A stretch of DNA of 64,000 nucleotides, from NCBI GenBank assembly GCA_964016885.1, contig OZ024742.1, positions 186,124,001-186,188,000 on the forward strand, written 5' to 3'. The position numbers were made by a program, and so were the translations under genes. The notes under the pieces were generated by a model. That model was not told the DNA's origin and made no database searches. It saw nothing but the letters and a program-made list of their open reading frames with translations. Of the stretch, positions 53,208 to 62,854 are shown piece after piece. Each line of letters opens with the position of its first letter. Position 1 is the first letter of the stretch. This DNA comes from Eledone cirrhosa (lineage: Eukaryota).

Positions 53208-53217
<10 letters not shown>
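52699..53217. mobile_element. Fold-back element: 149-bp inverted arms with decayed hammerhead motif, enclosing a CR1-like fragment
   Basis: Arms 52699-52847 and 53069-53217 differ at 3 sites. Spacer 52858-53064 is an inverted copy of ~55753-55957. Confidence 0.85.
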
Positions 53218-53255
<38 letters not shown>

Positions 53256-53257
<2 letters not shown>

Positions 53258-53612
53258 TCATCATCATCATCAGCGTTTAACGTCCGTGTTCCACGCTTGC
53301 ATGGGTTTGGACGGGGGTAGTCCCACTTGAGGCAAGAGTGATTGTCTTGCTCGCATAGGACTGTCTGGCAGGTTTTCTACAGTTGGATGCCCTTCCTAAC
53401 ACCAACCACATTTACAGTGTGGGTCTGGGAGGTTTTTACCGTGTTGCCTACACGGCCACATTACAGCGTGGACTGTGTGTTTTTTTGTCGTGACACCTAC
53501 ACGATCTCATTTGTTTCGGCCTCGATGGCGCGGCACCAACATAACTTTACATAGAACGGGGTGGTGTGGATCGGGTGGGGGTGGTGGGACGGGGTGTATT
53601 TGTTAGAGATGC
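53256..53612 (-). mobile_element. RTE-3'UTR-derived repeat; paralogue of 56791-57280
   Basis: (CAT)n-CGTTTAACGTCC start and long shared text with 56791-57280. Confidence 0.7.
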
Positions 53613-53908
53613 CTATATATATGTGTGTCTGTGTGTCTATATATACATATGTATGTGTATGTGTCCATTTACCTTACCTCTCTGTATATGTAGTACTTCT
53701 GTGTGTATATTAACATTTTATTTGTATTATATTTTGTTTCTGTCCCCAAAAGATGTCATAGTGAGTAGGGAGCTTGTTATGAAGCCTAGCAAGGCTAGCC
53801 CCTGTTTTAGTAGCAGAGGGGCCTTAAAACACTTGTTGTTTAGCATGATCATACATTTGTGTATGTATGTGTATGTATGTGTGTTTATGTATATATATAT
53901 ATATATCT

Positions 53909-54196
53909 ATATATAAAGTTGTACTTCCTGTCTGTATTTACCCACCTTTATAACTATATATCACACACGTACAAACTCAAATGCATTTCCTTCTCTCTCC
54001 CACATGTTGCAAGGCAGTTATTTTAAGTTCTCTTAGAGTTGTTGGAATGTATTCACTTACAACACACGCTGATGAACCTGGATGAGTTCAATCCAAACAC
54101 TAATCTTTTGTCGAAACAATCTCTCTGAGTTTGTACATGTGTGATATATAGTTATAAAGGTGGGTAAATTCAGACAGGAACTACAACTTTATATAT
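53909..54196 (+). mobile_element. Fold-back element: 71-bp inverted arms with a hammerhead-like motif at 54062-54142
   Basis: Arms 53909-53979 and 54126-54196 have 3 mismatches. The spacer and right arm read ACACACG-CTGATGA-...-GAAACAATCTCTCTGAGTTTGT-A-CATGTGT. Confidence 0.7.
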
Positions 54197-54638
54197 CATC
54201 ATCATCGTCACCGTTTTACGTCTGTTCTTCCACGCTAGCATGGGTTAGACGGGTTGTCCTGTTGTGGGCAGTGTCTGGTCGGCTGACCTTGTCTTGCTCA
54301 TATGGGAACTGATTCTGGCTTGATTTCTACAGCTGGATGCCCTTCCTAACACCAACCTCATTTACAGTGAGTGCTGGGTGCTTTTTTTTTTCTGTGGCGC
54401 CTACACGTCCACTTTACAGTGTGGGCTGGGTGCTTTTTTGCTGCGGCACCTGCACGACCACTTTACAGTGGAATGTAGGGACCCTAGTCCTATCATCTCA
54501 TTTCTACAGCTGAGTAAACTGGAGCAATGTGAAATAAAGTGTCTTGCTCAAGGAAACAACACATCACCCGGTCCGAGAATTGAACTAACAACCTTTCGAA
54601 TACAAGCCCAATGCTCTAACCACTAAGCCATGTGCCTT

Positions 54639-54640
<2 letters not shown>
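54197..54640 (-). mobile_element. Composite SINE / RTE-3'-end repeat (paralogue of 35364-35752)
   Basis: Near-identical to 35414-35750 over more than 300 bp. Confidence 0.75.
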
Positions 54641-54674
<34 letters not shown>

Positions 54675-54919
54675 AACACATACATAGACTCAAATATATT
54701 GACAGAAATGCATGATCATGCTAAACAACAACAAGTGTTTTAAGGCCCCTCTGCTACTAAAACAAGGGCTAGCCTTGCTAGGCTTCATAACAAGCTCCCT
54801 ACTCATTGTGACATCTTTTGGAGACAGAAACAAAATATTATACAGCTAAAATGTTAATATACACACAGAAGTACTACATATACAGAGAGGTAAGGTAAAT
54901 GGACACACCCGCAGACAAG

Positions 54920-54961
<42 letters not shown>

Positions 54962-55299
54962 AGCATACACACACATACAACACATACAAACAAACACACA
55001 CATACAAGCACACACACACAAACAAGCAGAGACACATATAGACAGACACACACAAACATAGAGACACAAACAGATAAATAGTGAGAGATATATACTGACA
55101 CACACAGAGACACATACAGAGACACATCAGATACACATACATACAGATACACACATACATACATAAATTACAGTCATATACATATGTATACAGCCGCATT
55201 TATATATATGGCTTAATGATTTTTAAAGTTGGCAGAAAACCACAAGTGGTGGTGGTGGTGGCAGTGGAGGGTGGAACAGTTGATTTAATCAATATGCAG

Positions 55300-55455
55300 G
55301 CATGGATGGGTGGTTAAGGAATTTGGTTTGTAACCACATGGTTTTAGGTTCAATTCCCCTACATGGCACCTTAGGAAAGAGTCTTCTACAGTAGTTTCAG
55401 AATGACCAATGTTTTGTGAGTGAAATTTGATAGATAAAAATTCTAAGGAAGCCTA
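55300..55455 (+). mobile_element. Degenerate tRNA-derived SINE
   Basis: GGCATGGATGGGTGGTTAAG...GGTTCAATTCCC resembles Pol III A and B boxes; body shared with 34855-35010. Confidence 0.6.
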
Positions 55456-55464
55456 GTATATGCT

Positions 55465-55496
<32 letters not shown>

Positions 55497-55584
55497 CAGT
55501 GGAACCATGGTTCACAAACTTAATTCATTCCTGAAGGTCATTTGTCACCCAAAATGTTTGTAAACTTAAACTATTTTTCCCATA

Positions 55585-55958
55585 CAAAATGTTGGACAAA
55601 ACTCATCGCTAAAATTGTTAAGAAGGCTGAGGGTGTCTTAGGATCACTCAGTAAGACCTTTGTCAGCCGCTTGCCAGCTATCTATTTAAAGCTCTATATA
55701 GCTATGGTGCATCCGTACTTAGAATTTGCATCACCAGTCTGGAACCCCTATTTTGCTCAGAATATTGATTTCCTAGAAACTGTTCAGAGATGTGCAACCA
55801 AACAAATACCCTCCATCCGGCATCTACCATACTCTGAACACTGTGCTTCCCTGGGCATGGGTACATTAAAGCTGGAAAAGAGAAAGACAAAGCTGGCCTA
55901 GACAGATTTTAACTCAAAATGCAAATGAACTTAACTAGATCCTACCATTCTACAAAGA
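55585..55958 (+). mobile_element. CR1/L2/Jockey-group LINE fragment (post-RT region)
   Basis: KLYIAMVHPYLEFASPVWNPYFAQNIDFLETVQRCATKQIPSIRHLPYSEHCASLG matches the CR1-type motif 'LY..LVRP.LEYA..VW.P....I..LE.VQRRAT..I..L..L.Y..RL..LG'. Confidence 0.8.
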
Positions 55959-56268
55959 CAAACATACAATTCAGGAAGATAAATAGTCACAAATATATAT
56001 AGACATATAAATATATATCATTATTCATCATCATCTATGTTAGCATGGACAAATGGATGTTAAACAGTGATGATGATGATGATATATATCATGTTTACTA
56101 TAGAAATAGTTTCTACAGGACTAGAACTGTTTTTTTTTTAATGAAACAGTTTTAGTTCTGTAGTAGCCATTTGTATATTAAATATGATGTTTACACTTTA
56201 CTAATGTATTGAGCACATTACTCACTGTTATTACCTCCTGATTGAACCTGGGACACACACACACAGAT

Positions 56269-56315
<47 letters not shown>

Positions 56316-56790
56316 AGCACTGACATGAAATATTTAATAACATATACATACATGTATATATTCACTTAACCCATGCATATGTAGAAAAATAGACATTAAA
56401 CAATGACGATGATGTGTGTGTGTGTTTGTGCGTGTGTATGTGTGTGAATGTATGCATATATATGTGTGAGTATTCATACATAAATTTAGCATGCATAGAT
56501 ATAGAAACATATGTATGTGTGCACATAGAAATTAAAACATAGAAATCAACACATAGAATGATAACCATAACTGCACACACACACAAACACACCACACACA
56601 TAGAAACACACACCACACACACACACACACACACCCAAAAACATATAGACATACATACATAGTTATTTAGCTGATGACGTCCAAAGTTCAATGAAAGAGT
56701 CTTGTTTCTGTGTGAGAAACCAGTTCTCTCTCTCTCTATTGGTGAGAAATTAATAAAAAAACAAAACATACACACACAAATAAATATGTA

Positions 56791-57451
56791 TCATCATCAT
56801 CATCATCATCGTTTAACGTCCATTTTCCATGCTAGCATGGGTCTGGATGGGAATTGTCCCACTTGAGGCAAGATTGGTTGTCTTGCTCAGGACTGTCTGG
56901 CGGGTTTTCTACGGCTGGATGCCCTTCCTAACACCAACCACGTTTACAGTGTGGACTGGGAGGTTTTTACCGTGTTACCTACATGGCCACATTACAGCGT
57001 GGACTGTGTGTTTTTTGTTGTGACACCTACACGTCTGGCGGGTTTTCTACGGCTGGGTGCCCTTCCCAACACCAACCACGTTTACAGTGTGTACTGGGAG
57101 GTTTTTACCGTGTTACCTACACGGCCATATTACAGCGTGGACTGTTTTTTTGTCGTGACACCTACATGACCTCATTTGTTTCGGACTGGATGTTGTGGTA
57201 CCAACATAACTTCACATTTAAGGGGGTGGTGTGGATGGGGTGGGGGTAGTGAGACGGGGGTGTATTTTGTTAGAGGTGCCTACTGACTGTAGGTTTCGCT
57301 TTGTACTTAGGCAAGGCGGGTCTTCTGTATAACTGTGTAGCGCCAAAGATCTCGGTCCAGTGACATTGTCTTGGAGAGGTGTAAGTGTGTGAAGTTGGAA
57401 TTTATCAAGTCGTCCCAGGTTTTTCTGGGTCTGCCTACTCCATGGCTACCG

Positions 57452-57455
<4 letters not shown>
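56791..57455 (-). mobile_element. RTE-clade LINE 3' end (ORF C-terminus and 3'UTR with an internal tandem duplication)
   Basis: Minus strand at ~57320-57440 reads RPRKTWDDLINSNFTHLHLSKTMSLDRDLWRYTVIQKTR, an RTE C-terminal GRP..W...DR..WR motif. About 135 bp is duplicated (56894-57032 / 57033-57166). (GAT)n tail. Confidence 0.75.
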
Positions 57456-57496
<41 letters not shown>

Positions 57497-57959
57497 CACG
57501 TAGGTCATGCCCAAAGAAGCAGTTTTAACAAATATTAGCTTTTAATATTAAAACCCATACTTTTCTCTAATTCTTTAATATAGTATTTATCCCGATTACA
57601 GAGTTTGATCATCACTTAACTGTGTATACTGAGGTGGCTTGGCAACAACCCAGAACAGATTAGTTAAAGTTCTTCTACTCCTCCTGTCATCCCAGCTCTG
57701 TTGTAGACATAAACTTCATCGGATGTAACATCTCCAATATTTTCAGCTAAATACAAGACACAGCAGTTTTCCAAGATTAATTTTCAGACATTATGTGTTC
57801 TATCTTGGTTAATTTTAGTTATTTTAGTCTACTTCTGGCATGGAGAGAAATAATTCTTTGGCACAATTTAGAGTAAAAATTTGAAGATTATATGTATATA
57901 TGTGTGTATGTATATATATGTGTGTGTGTGTGTGTATGTATGTGTGTGTGTATATATGG

Positions 57960-58007
<48 letters not shown>

Positions 58008-58786
58008 ATATATATATGTATATGTATGTACATATATATGAAAGGAGAGCAGATGTTAAATATAAATATATATATATATATTGGCAAACATGAGAATGAG
58101 AACTCAATACTTATGGTAGAGATTTATAATTTATTAAGGCCAATCTATGTTTTTCAGCCTTTAAGTGTTTGAAAAATGTGTAGCCCACAGGGGAATCACC
58201 AATAGGCCATTAGATCATTATCAATAAATAGTTAAATAGAATATTTTCTTTGAGTTAGTTAGTATGTAAGCTCTCTCTCTATAGATGGGTTATTTACCTA
58301 AACTTTTCCATCTCTTTCTTTCATTATCATCCTACTTTCTGAAGAAGGACTTGGTCTGAAATGTCAACAATAAATCTTCCCACTTCTCCAGAGCATTAAA
58401 CTAATACCATAACATTTTTTTTTTTATTAAGTCTTTGTTTTTATCATGTTTACATCTGTTTTTCCATGCTTGCATGGCATTTCTCCACTTGTTGCAATCC
58501 TTTGTCATCGCCTCTGTGAGTCTCAGTGATTTGAGTTCAGCTCTCATAGTCATTCTTAACAGAATCAACATGCATTCAAGAGTGTTTCTTAAGGACACAT
58601 TATACCTGATCTGAGAATTGAACTTACATTGCTATAATAGTGGTTTCTTATATAGGCACAAGGCCATAATTGTAAGAATATAATAGTAAGAATAAAACTC
58701 AAACCATTAAGCTACACAACTTCATTGTGATTAAAAAAAATCCCAAAAGGCTCAAAGTTAAGCAACATTTTAGTGTCTTCACTTAC

Positions 58787-58887
58787 CTGTATCGGTAATA
58801 GCTGACCAGTATTCTTTCTCTTATTATTCCTTCTATTTTCATATCTGTCACTAGCAGCATCACACCATACAGGAATAAAGATTCACA
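58787..58887 (-). CDS. WASHC5: Strumpellin coding exon (1st in window, 101 bp)
   Basis: Acceptor gttgttgcag, donor gtaagt. Translates [33 protein letters not shown](S), matching '[34 protein letters not shown]'. Not in the ORF track. Confidence 0.95.
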
Positions 58888-59506
58888 CTGCAACAACAAC
58901 CAATTGAATAAAGAAATTATAGATACATATATATATATATATATATCATAACTCACGTCTATAGAATTAATCAGATATTAAAATATATACTATTTCTTCT
59001 TCTAATCAGCATAATTAACCATATACATAATCAAATCTAGCAAGCTTTAAGAATAAATTTTCTAACGGGGAAATCTCCGACAAATAACTGACCGCAGCTA
59101 GTTCGCATTAACTCCGTTCACCATTTATCAAACACTTCAGCAGCATGCAGAATCCGATCAAATACACCGTCAACCGCACGTAATTAGTAGTAAAATTAAA
59201 CTTAGAAGAAATGCGCACATACCGTAATTATATCTCTACCATGGTTTCTTCCTAGTTTAGGACATCCAAATAATATGGATATGCTTTGAGTCAGGAATCT
59301 TCAGGAGACAAACTCAGAAATAGACATTTAATTTCTCAGACAGACCGCGCCAAATTTAGATTAAAAAATGGCTAAGATCGCTATGTAGCTGTGTACCAGC
59401 CAGAGAGAAAGCGTGTGATTGGTCGCTTACGGTGGGTAGGCATGCTGCTAGAAAGCGCAGCCATATATCGCCAAATTTAATCTCAACCGAAAGGGAGATT
59501 ATTAAA

Positions 59507-59537
<31 letters not shown>

Positions 59538-59666
59538 AAATGTAGGAGGTGAGTAATATTGTAGAACAATAAAACTATGCATATATCAGATAAGTAGCAC
59601 TCAACAGTTGGTAGAACTGGAGTATATATAAAGAAGAAATTAAAAGATGGTTAAAAAAGTTCCATA

Positions 59667-59736
59667 TATTTTATTATGCGCATTTCGAAAACAACATCAT
59701 CCTGGGACAAAAATTGTGTTCTCATCAGATAAAATA
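59667..59736 (-). ncRNA. Type I hammerhead ribozyme
   Basis: Minus strand: UAUUUUAU-CUGAUGA-GAACACAA...UUGUUUUC-GAA-AUGCGCAU-A-AUAAAAUA. Perfect 8-bp stem I, full core, 7 of 8 pairs at the base of stem II, palindromic stem III, AUA cleavage triplet. Confidence 0.85.
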
Positions 59737-59986
59737 AGGTAACATGATATGAGGCCTAAAAACATTTGTGAACAAGTGTCCAGTCAACATATGACAAAAA
59801 TATAAGAGCAGAGAAAAAATAGGAAAAAATGAAGAAAAGGAAAGAAGAAGAAAAAAGAAAAAAGAAATAGAAGAGGAAAAAGAAAGAAAGAAGGAGGAGA
59901 GAGAAAGAGACAGAGAGAGAGAGAGATAGTTTTGATCGGGAATGCTGTCCAAAAATAAATAACGGCTAAAAGAATATATATATAAT

Positions 59987-60290
59987 AAAAATAAAAATAA
60001 AAATAAAAATAAAAATAAAAATAAATATAAAATTAAATAAATAAAAATATAAATTGATGAGGTGAATGTGCTAATATAACGAATATTAGATGTCTAGAAT
60101 ATATAAACTGGGTATATTATTTAATATTGAGTTTGAATACTAAAAATTGGATTAAGAAGTGTAAAAATGTATTAATAAAATAAAATAAAATAAAATAAAA
60201 TAAAATAAAATAAAATAAAATAAAATAAAATAAAATAAAATAAAGTAAAATAAAATAAAATTAAAATTAAAATTAAAATTAAATAAAAAT
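59987..60290. repeat. (AAAAAT)n and (AAAAT)n simple repeats
   Basis: Directly visible runs at ~59987-60025 and ~60175-60290. Confidence 0.9.
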
Positions 60291-60698
60291 AATAATTATT
60301 AAAAAAGGGGTTTAAAAAAAAAAGATAGACTAGAATAAGAAATAAGAAATAAAAATAAGAATGGTCTATCTATGTCAAAATTATAAATTACTATTAAAAA
60401 TGTATATATGTGGGGTATAGTATTAGATTATTAGTTTAATATTTTATATCAACAAGTAAATAAAGGAAATAGCTAGAAAGGGTTAAACGCAAAAAGACAT
60501 ATGACGTCATAGGTTGTTTACAAAATCTACGAAGGTTTGAACGAAAAAATTAACGTCAATAGAGGTAAAGAAAAGGGGATTAATACATTGTAGAATATAA
60601 TGAAATAGTGAGAAAAAATGTGTGAAAAGATATATGTGTAAAAAAAATTATATGTGTAAAAAAGATTAACCGTTATTCGTAGAATAAGTTATAGGACA

Positions 60699-61019
60699 TT
60701 ATCTGTATACTTTGTGAAAGGTCTTAAAAGATTTATGAATACAGATAGCAAATAAGTCCATACGTCTATTTATTAAAGAGTTGAAATTCGAGATAATGGT
60801 AAATTTTTCAGCTAGACATAAATTACAGACCCTAGATATGGAAGCGTTGGAGTAAGGTAAAGCGTTGCAAATTTTACGCCAAGAGATTTCGTAATTAATG
60901 TTTTTGTCTTTTAAGGACCAAATAAGTTCTGAGAGTGCAGTGCTGGTCCCTTTAAGTGGATATTTAAATGTAGAAGAATGGTTATAGAGTCTTGCTTTAA
61001 AAGAAGTAGAAGTAGAGCC
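60699..61019 (-). pseudogene. C-terminal part of a Penelope-like GIY-YIG endonuclease (106 aa, no start codon)
   Basis: Manual translation [106 protein letters not shown]. It fits the PLE pattern (YI)G.T...FK.R..NH...F....ST.LS..IW.LK......I.W......Y.N...CNLCL.EK..I...L.N.R......C.H. Confidence 0.85.
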
Positions 61020-61159
61020 CGATGGCTAAAAACGACCTCCCCCTATTGGCCCCTATACCTCCTCCCCACCCTACCCCACCCCTCCTCAACCTGAAATATT
61101 GCCACTATGGTTATGTGAGTACCTCTTTCGTATCTACATTTTCTGCCTGTAGAGGTGTT

Positions 61160-61449
61160 TTTATGTGCCTGCGTATATGCGTATATTTATTGAGTACCTA
61201 TTTATTTGTATGTGTATATATTTGTTTGTATGTGTGTATATGTATGTGTATGTGTATATATATATATATATATGTTTGTGTGTATATGTGTTTTATGTGT
61301 GTATATTTATGTATGTATATATATGTATATATGTATATATATGTGTATATATATATGTATATATATATGTGTGTATATATGTGTATGTATGTGTATGTGT
61401 ATGTATGTATGTATGTGTATATGTATGTATATATATGTGTGTATATGTG

Positions 61450-61493
<44 letters not shown>

Positions 61494-61516
61494 TGTGTGT
61501 GTGTGTGTATGTGTGC

Positions 61517-61548
<32 letters not shown>

Positions 61549-61579
61549 GTGTGTGGGCAGGTGTGTATATATATGTGTG

Positions 61580-61626
<47 letters not shown>

Positions 61627-61944
61627 ATGTGTGTATGTATATATATATGTGTATATATATATATATGTGCGTGAGAGAGAGTGTGTATATATATTTGTGT
61701 GTGTGTGTGTCTGTATGTGTGTATGCGTGTATATATATATATATATGTGTGTATATATGCGTTATATGTCTGTATATATGTGTATATTTATGTATAGGTC
61801 TGTGTATGTATGTGTATATTTGTATATGTATGGAGATATATATATATATACATATATTTATACATATGCATGTGTATGTGTGTGTGTGTGTGTATATATA
61901 TGTGTATATGTGTGTGTGTGTATATATGTATATATATATGTATG

Positions 61945-62007
<63 letters not shown>

Positions 62008-62044
62008 ATATATGTATATATATATATATATATATGTGTGTGTA

Positions 62045-62091
<47 letters not shown>

Positions 62092-62092
62092 A

Positions 62093-62133
<41 letters not shown>

Positions 62134-62158
62134 ATATGTATGTTTGTATGTATGTTTG

Positions 62159-62231
<73 letters not shown>

Positions 62232-62288
62232 ATATGTATGTATGTGTGTGTGTATTTTTTTAATATATATATATATTTATGTATATAT
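61160..62288. repeat. Compound (TA)n/(TG)n/(TATG)n microsatellite field
   Basis: Directly visible; source of the long YI/CV pseudo-ORFs. Confidence 0.97.
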
Positions 62289-62788
62289 ACAATTAAGTTA
62301 AAAATGTACATCTACATATGCATACTGAAATACTAGTGTGTATATGAATACACACACGTATACATATGTAGGTGTACCAAGTCTTTCACTGGTCGCTTTA
62401 CAGTGAGCGGCCCAGCTATTCTGTATGTAAACACACAGACAAACCGGTTTTTAGAGTCATACTGGTTTTTCGGGGGAACACCTTCCCCCTATTCTCCAGA
62501 AAGCCAGACAAGGAATATTGAACTAGTTTCGTTGTTGTTACAACTCATCAGCAATATTTACCTATCTACCGGCCTTTCTGGAGAATAGGGGGAAGGTGTT
62601 CCCCCGAAAAACCAGTATGACTCTAAAAACCGGTTTGTCTGTGTGTTTACATACAGAATAGCTGGGCCGCTCACTGTAAAGCGACCAGTGAAAGACTTGG
62701 TACACCTACATATGTATACGTGTGTGTATTCATATACACACTAGTATTTCAGTATGCATATGTAGATGTACATTTTTAACTTAATTGT
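62289..62788. mobile_element. Fold-back element: perfect 215-bp inverted repeat with a 70-bp hammerhead-containing spacer
   Basis: 62289-62503 is the reverse complement of 62574-62788 with no mismatch seen; the spacer is 62504-62573. Confidence 0.92.
62514..62558 (-). ncRNA. Minimal type I hammerhead ribozyme
   Basis: Minus strand: AAUAUUG-CUGAUGA-GUUGU(AACA)ACAAC-GAA-ACUAGU-U-CAAUAUU. 7-bp stem I, complete core, 5-bp stem II, palindromic ACUAGU stem III, GUU cleavage triplet. Confidence 0.9.
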
Positions 62789-62854
62789 TTAAGCGTCAGT
62801 CATACAAAAGTGAGTTACAAACGAAGCGAAATTTAATTTCGTTTCGTTATTTGT

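Larger units (their letters stand above)
53661..54907. repeat. About 190-bp inverted repeat (53661-53852 / 54712-54907) enclosing a second inverted repeat and a SINE
   Basis: GTGTCCATTTACCTTACCTCTCTGTATATGTAGTAC...TTTAGCATGATCAT is mirrored by ATGATCATGCTAAA...GTACTACATATACAGAGAGGTAAGGTAAATGGACAC. Confidence 0.9.
59538..61023 (-). mobile_element. 5'-truncated Penelope-like element (GIY-YIG C-terminus, 3' region and hammerhead)
   Basis: GIY-YIG-type frame at 60699-61019 is followed on the same strand by an intact HHR at 59667-59736, and the unit ends against (TA)n. Boundaries are approximate. Confidence 0.75.

Noticed and set aside
53770-53850. TTATGA...AAAAC with internal hairpins in the outer inverted-repeat arm as a degenerate hammerhead
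   Set aside because: Both core boxes are altered and there is no convincing stem I.
56660-56730. CTGATGA...GAAA near 56671 as a hammerhead
   Set aside because: Stems I and II do not pair.
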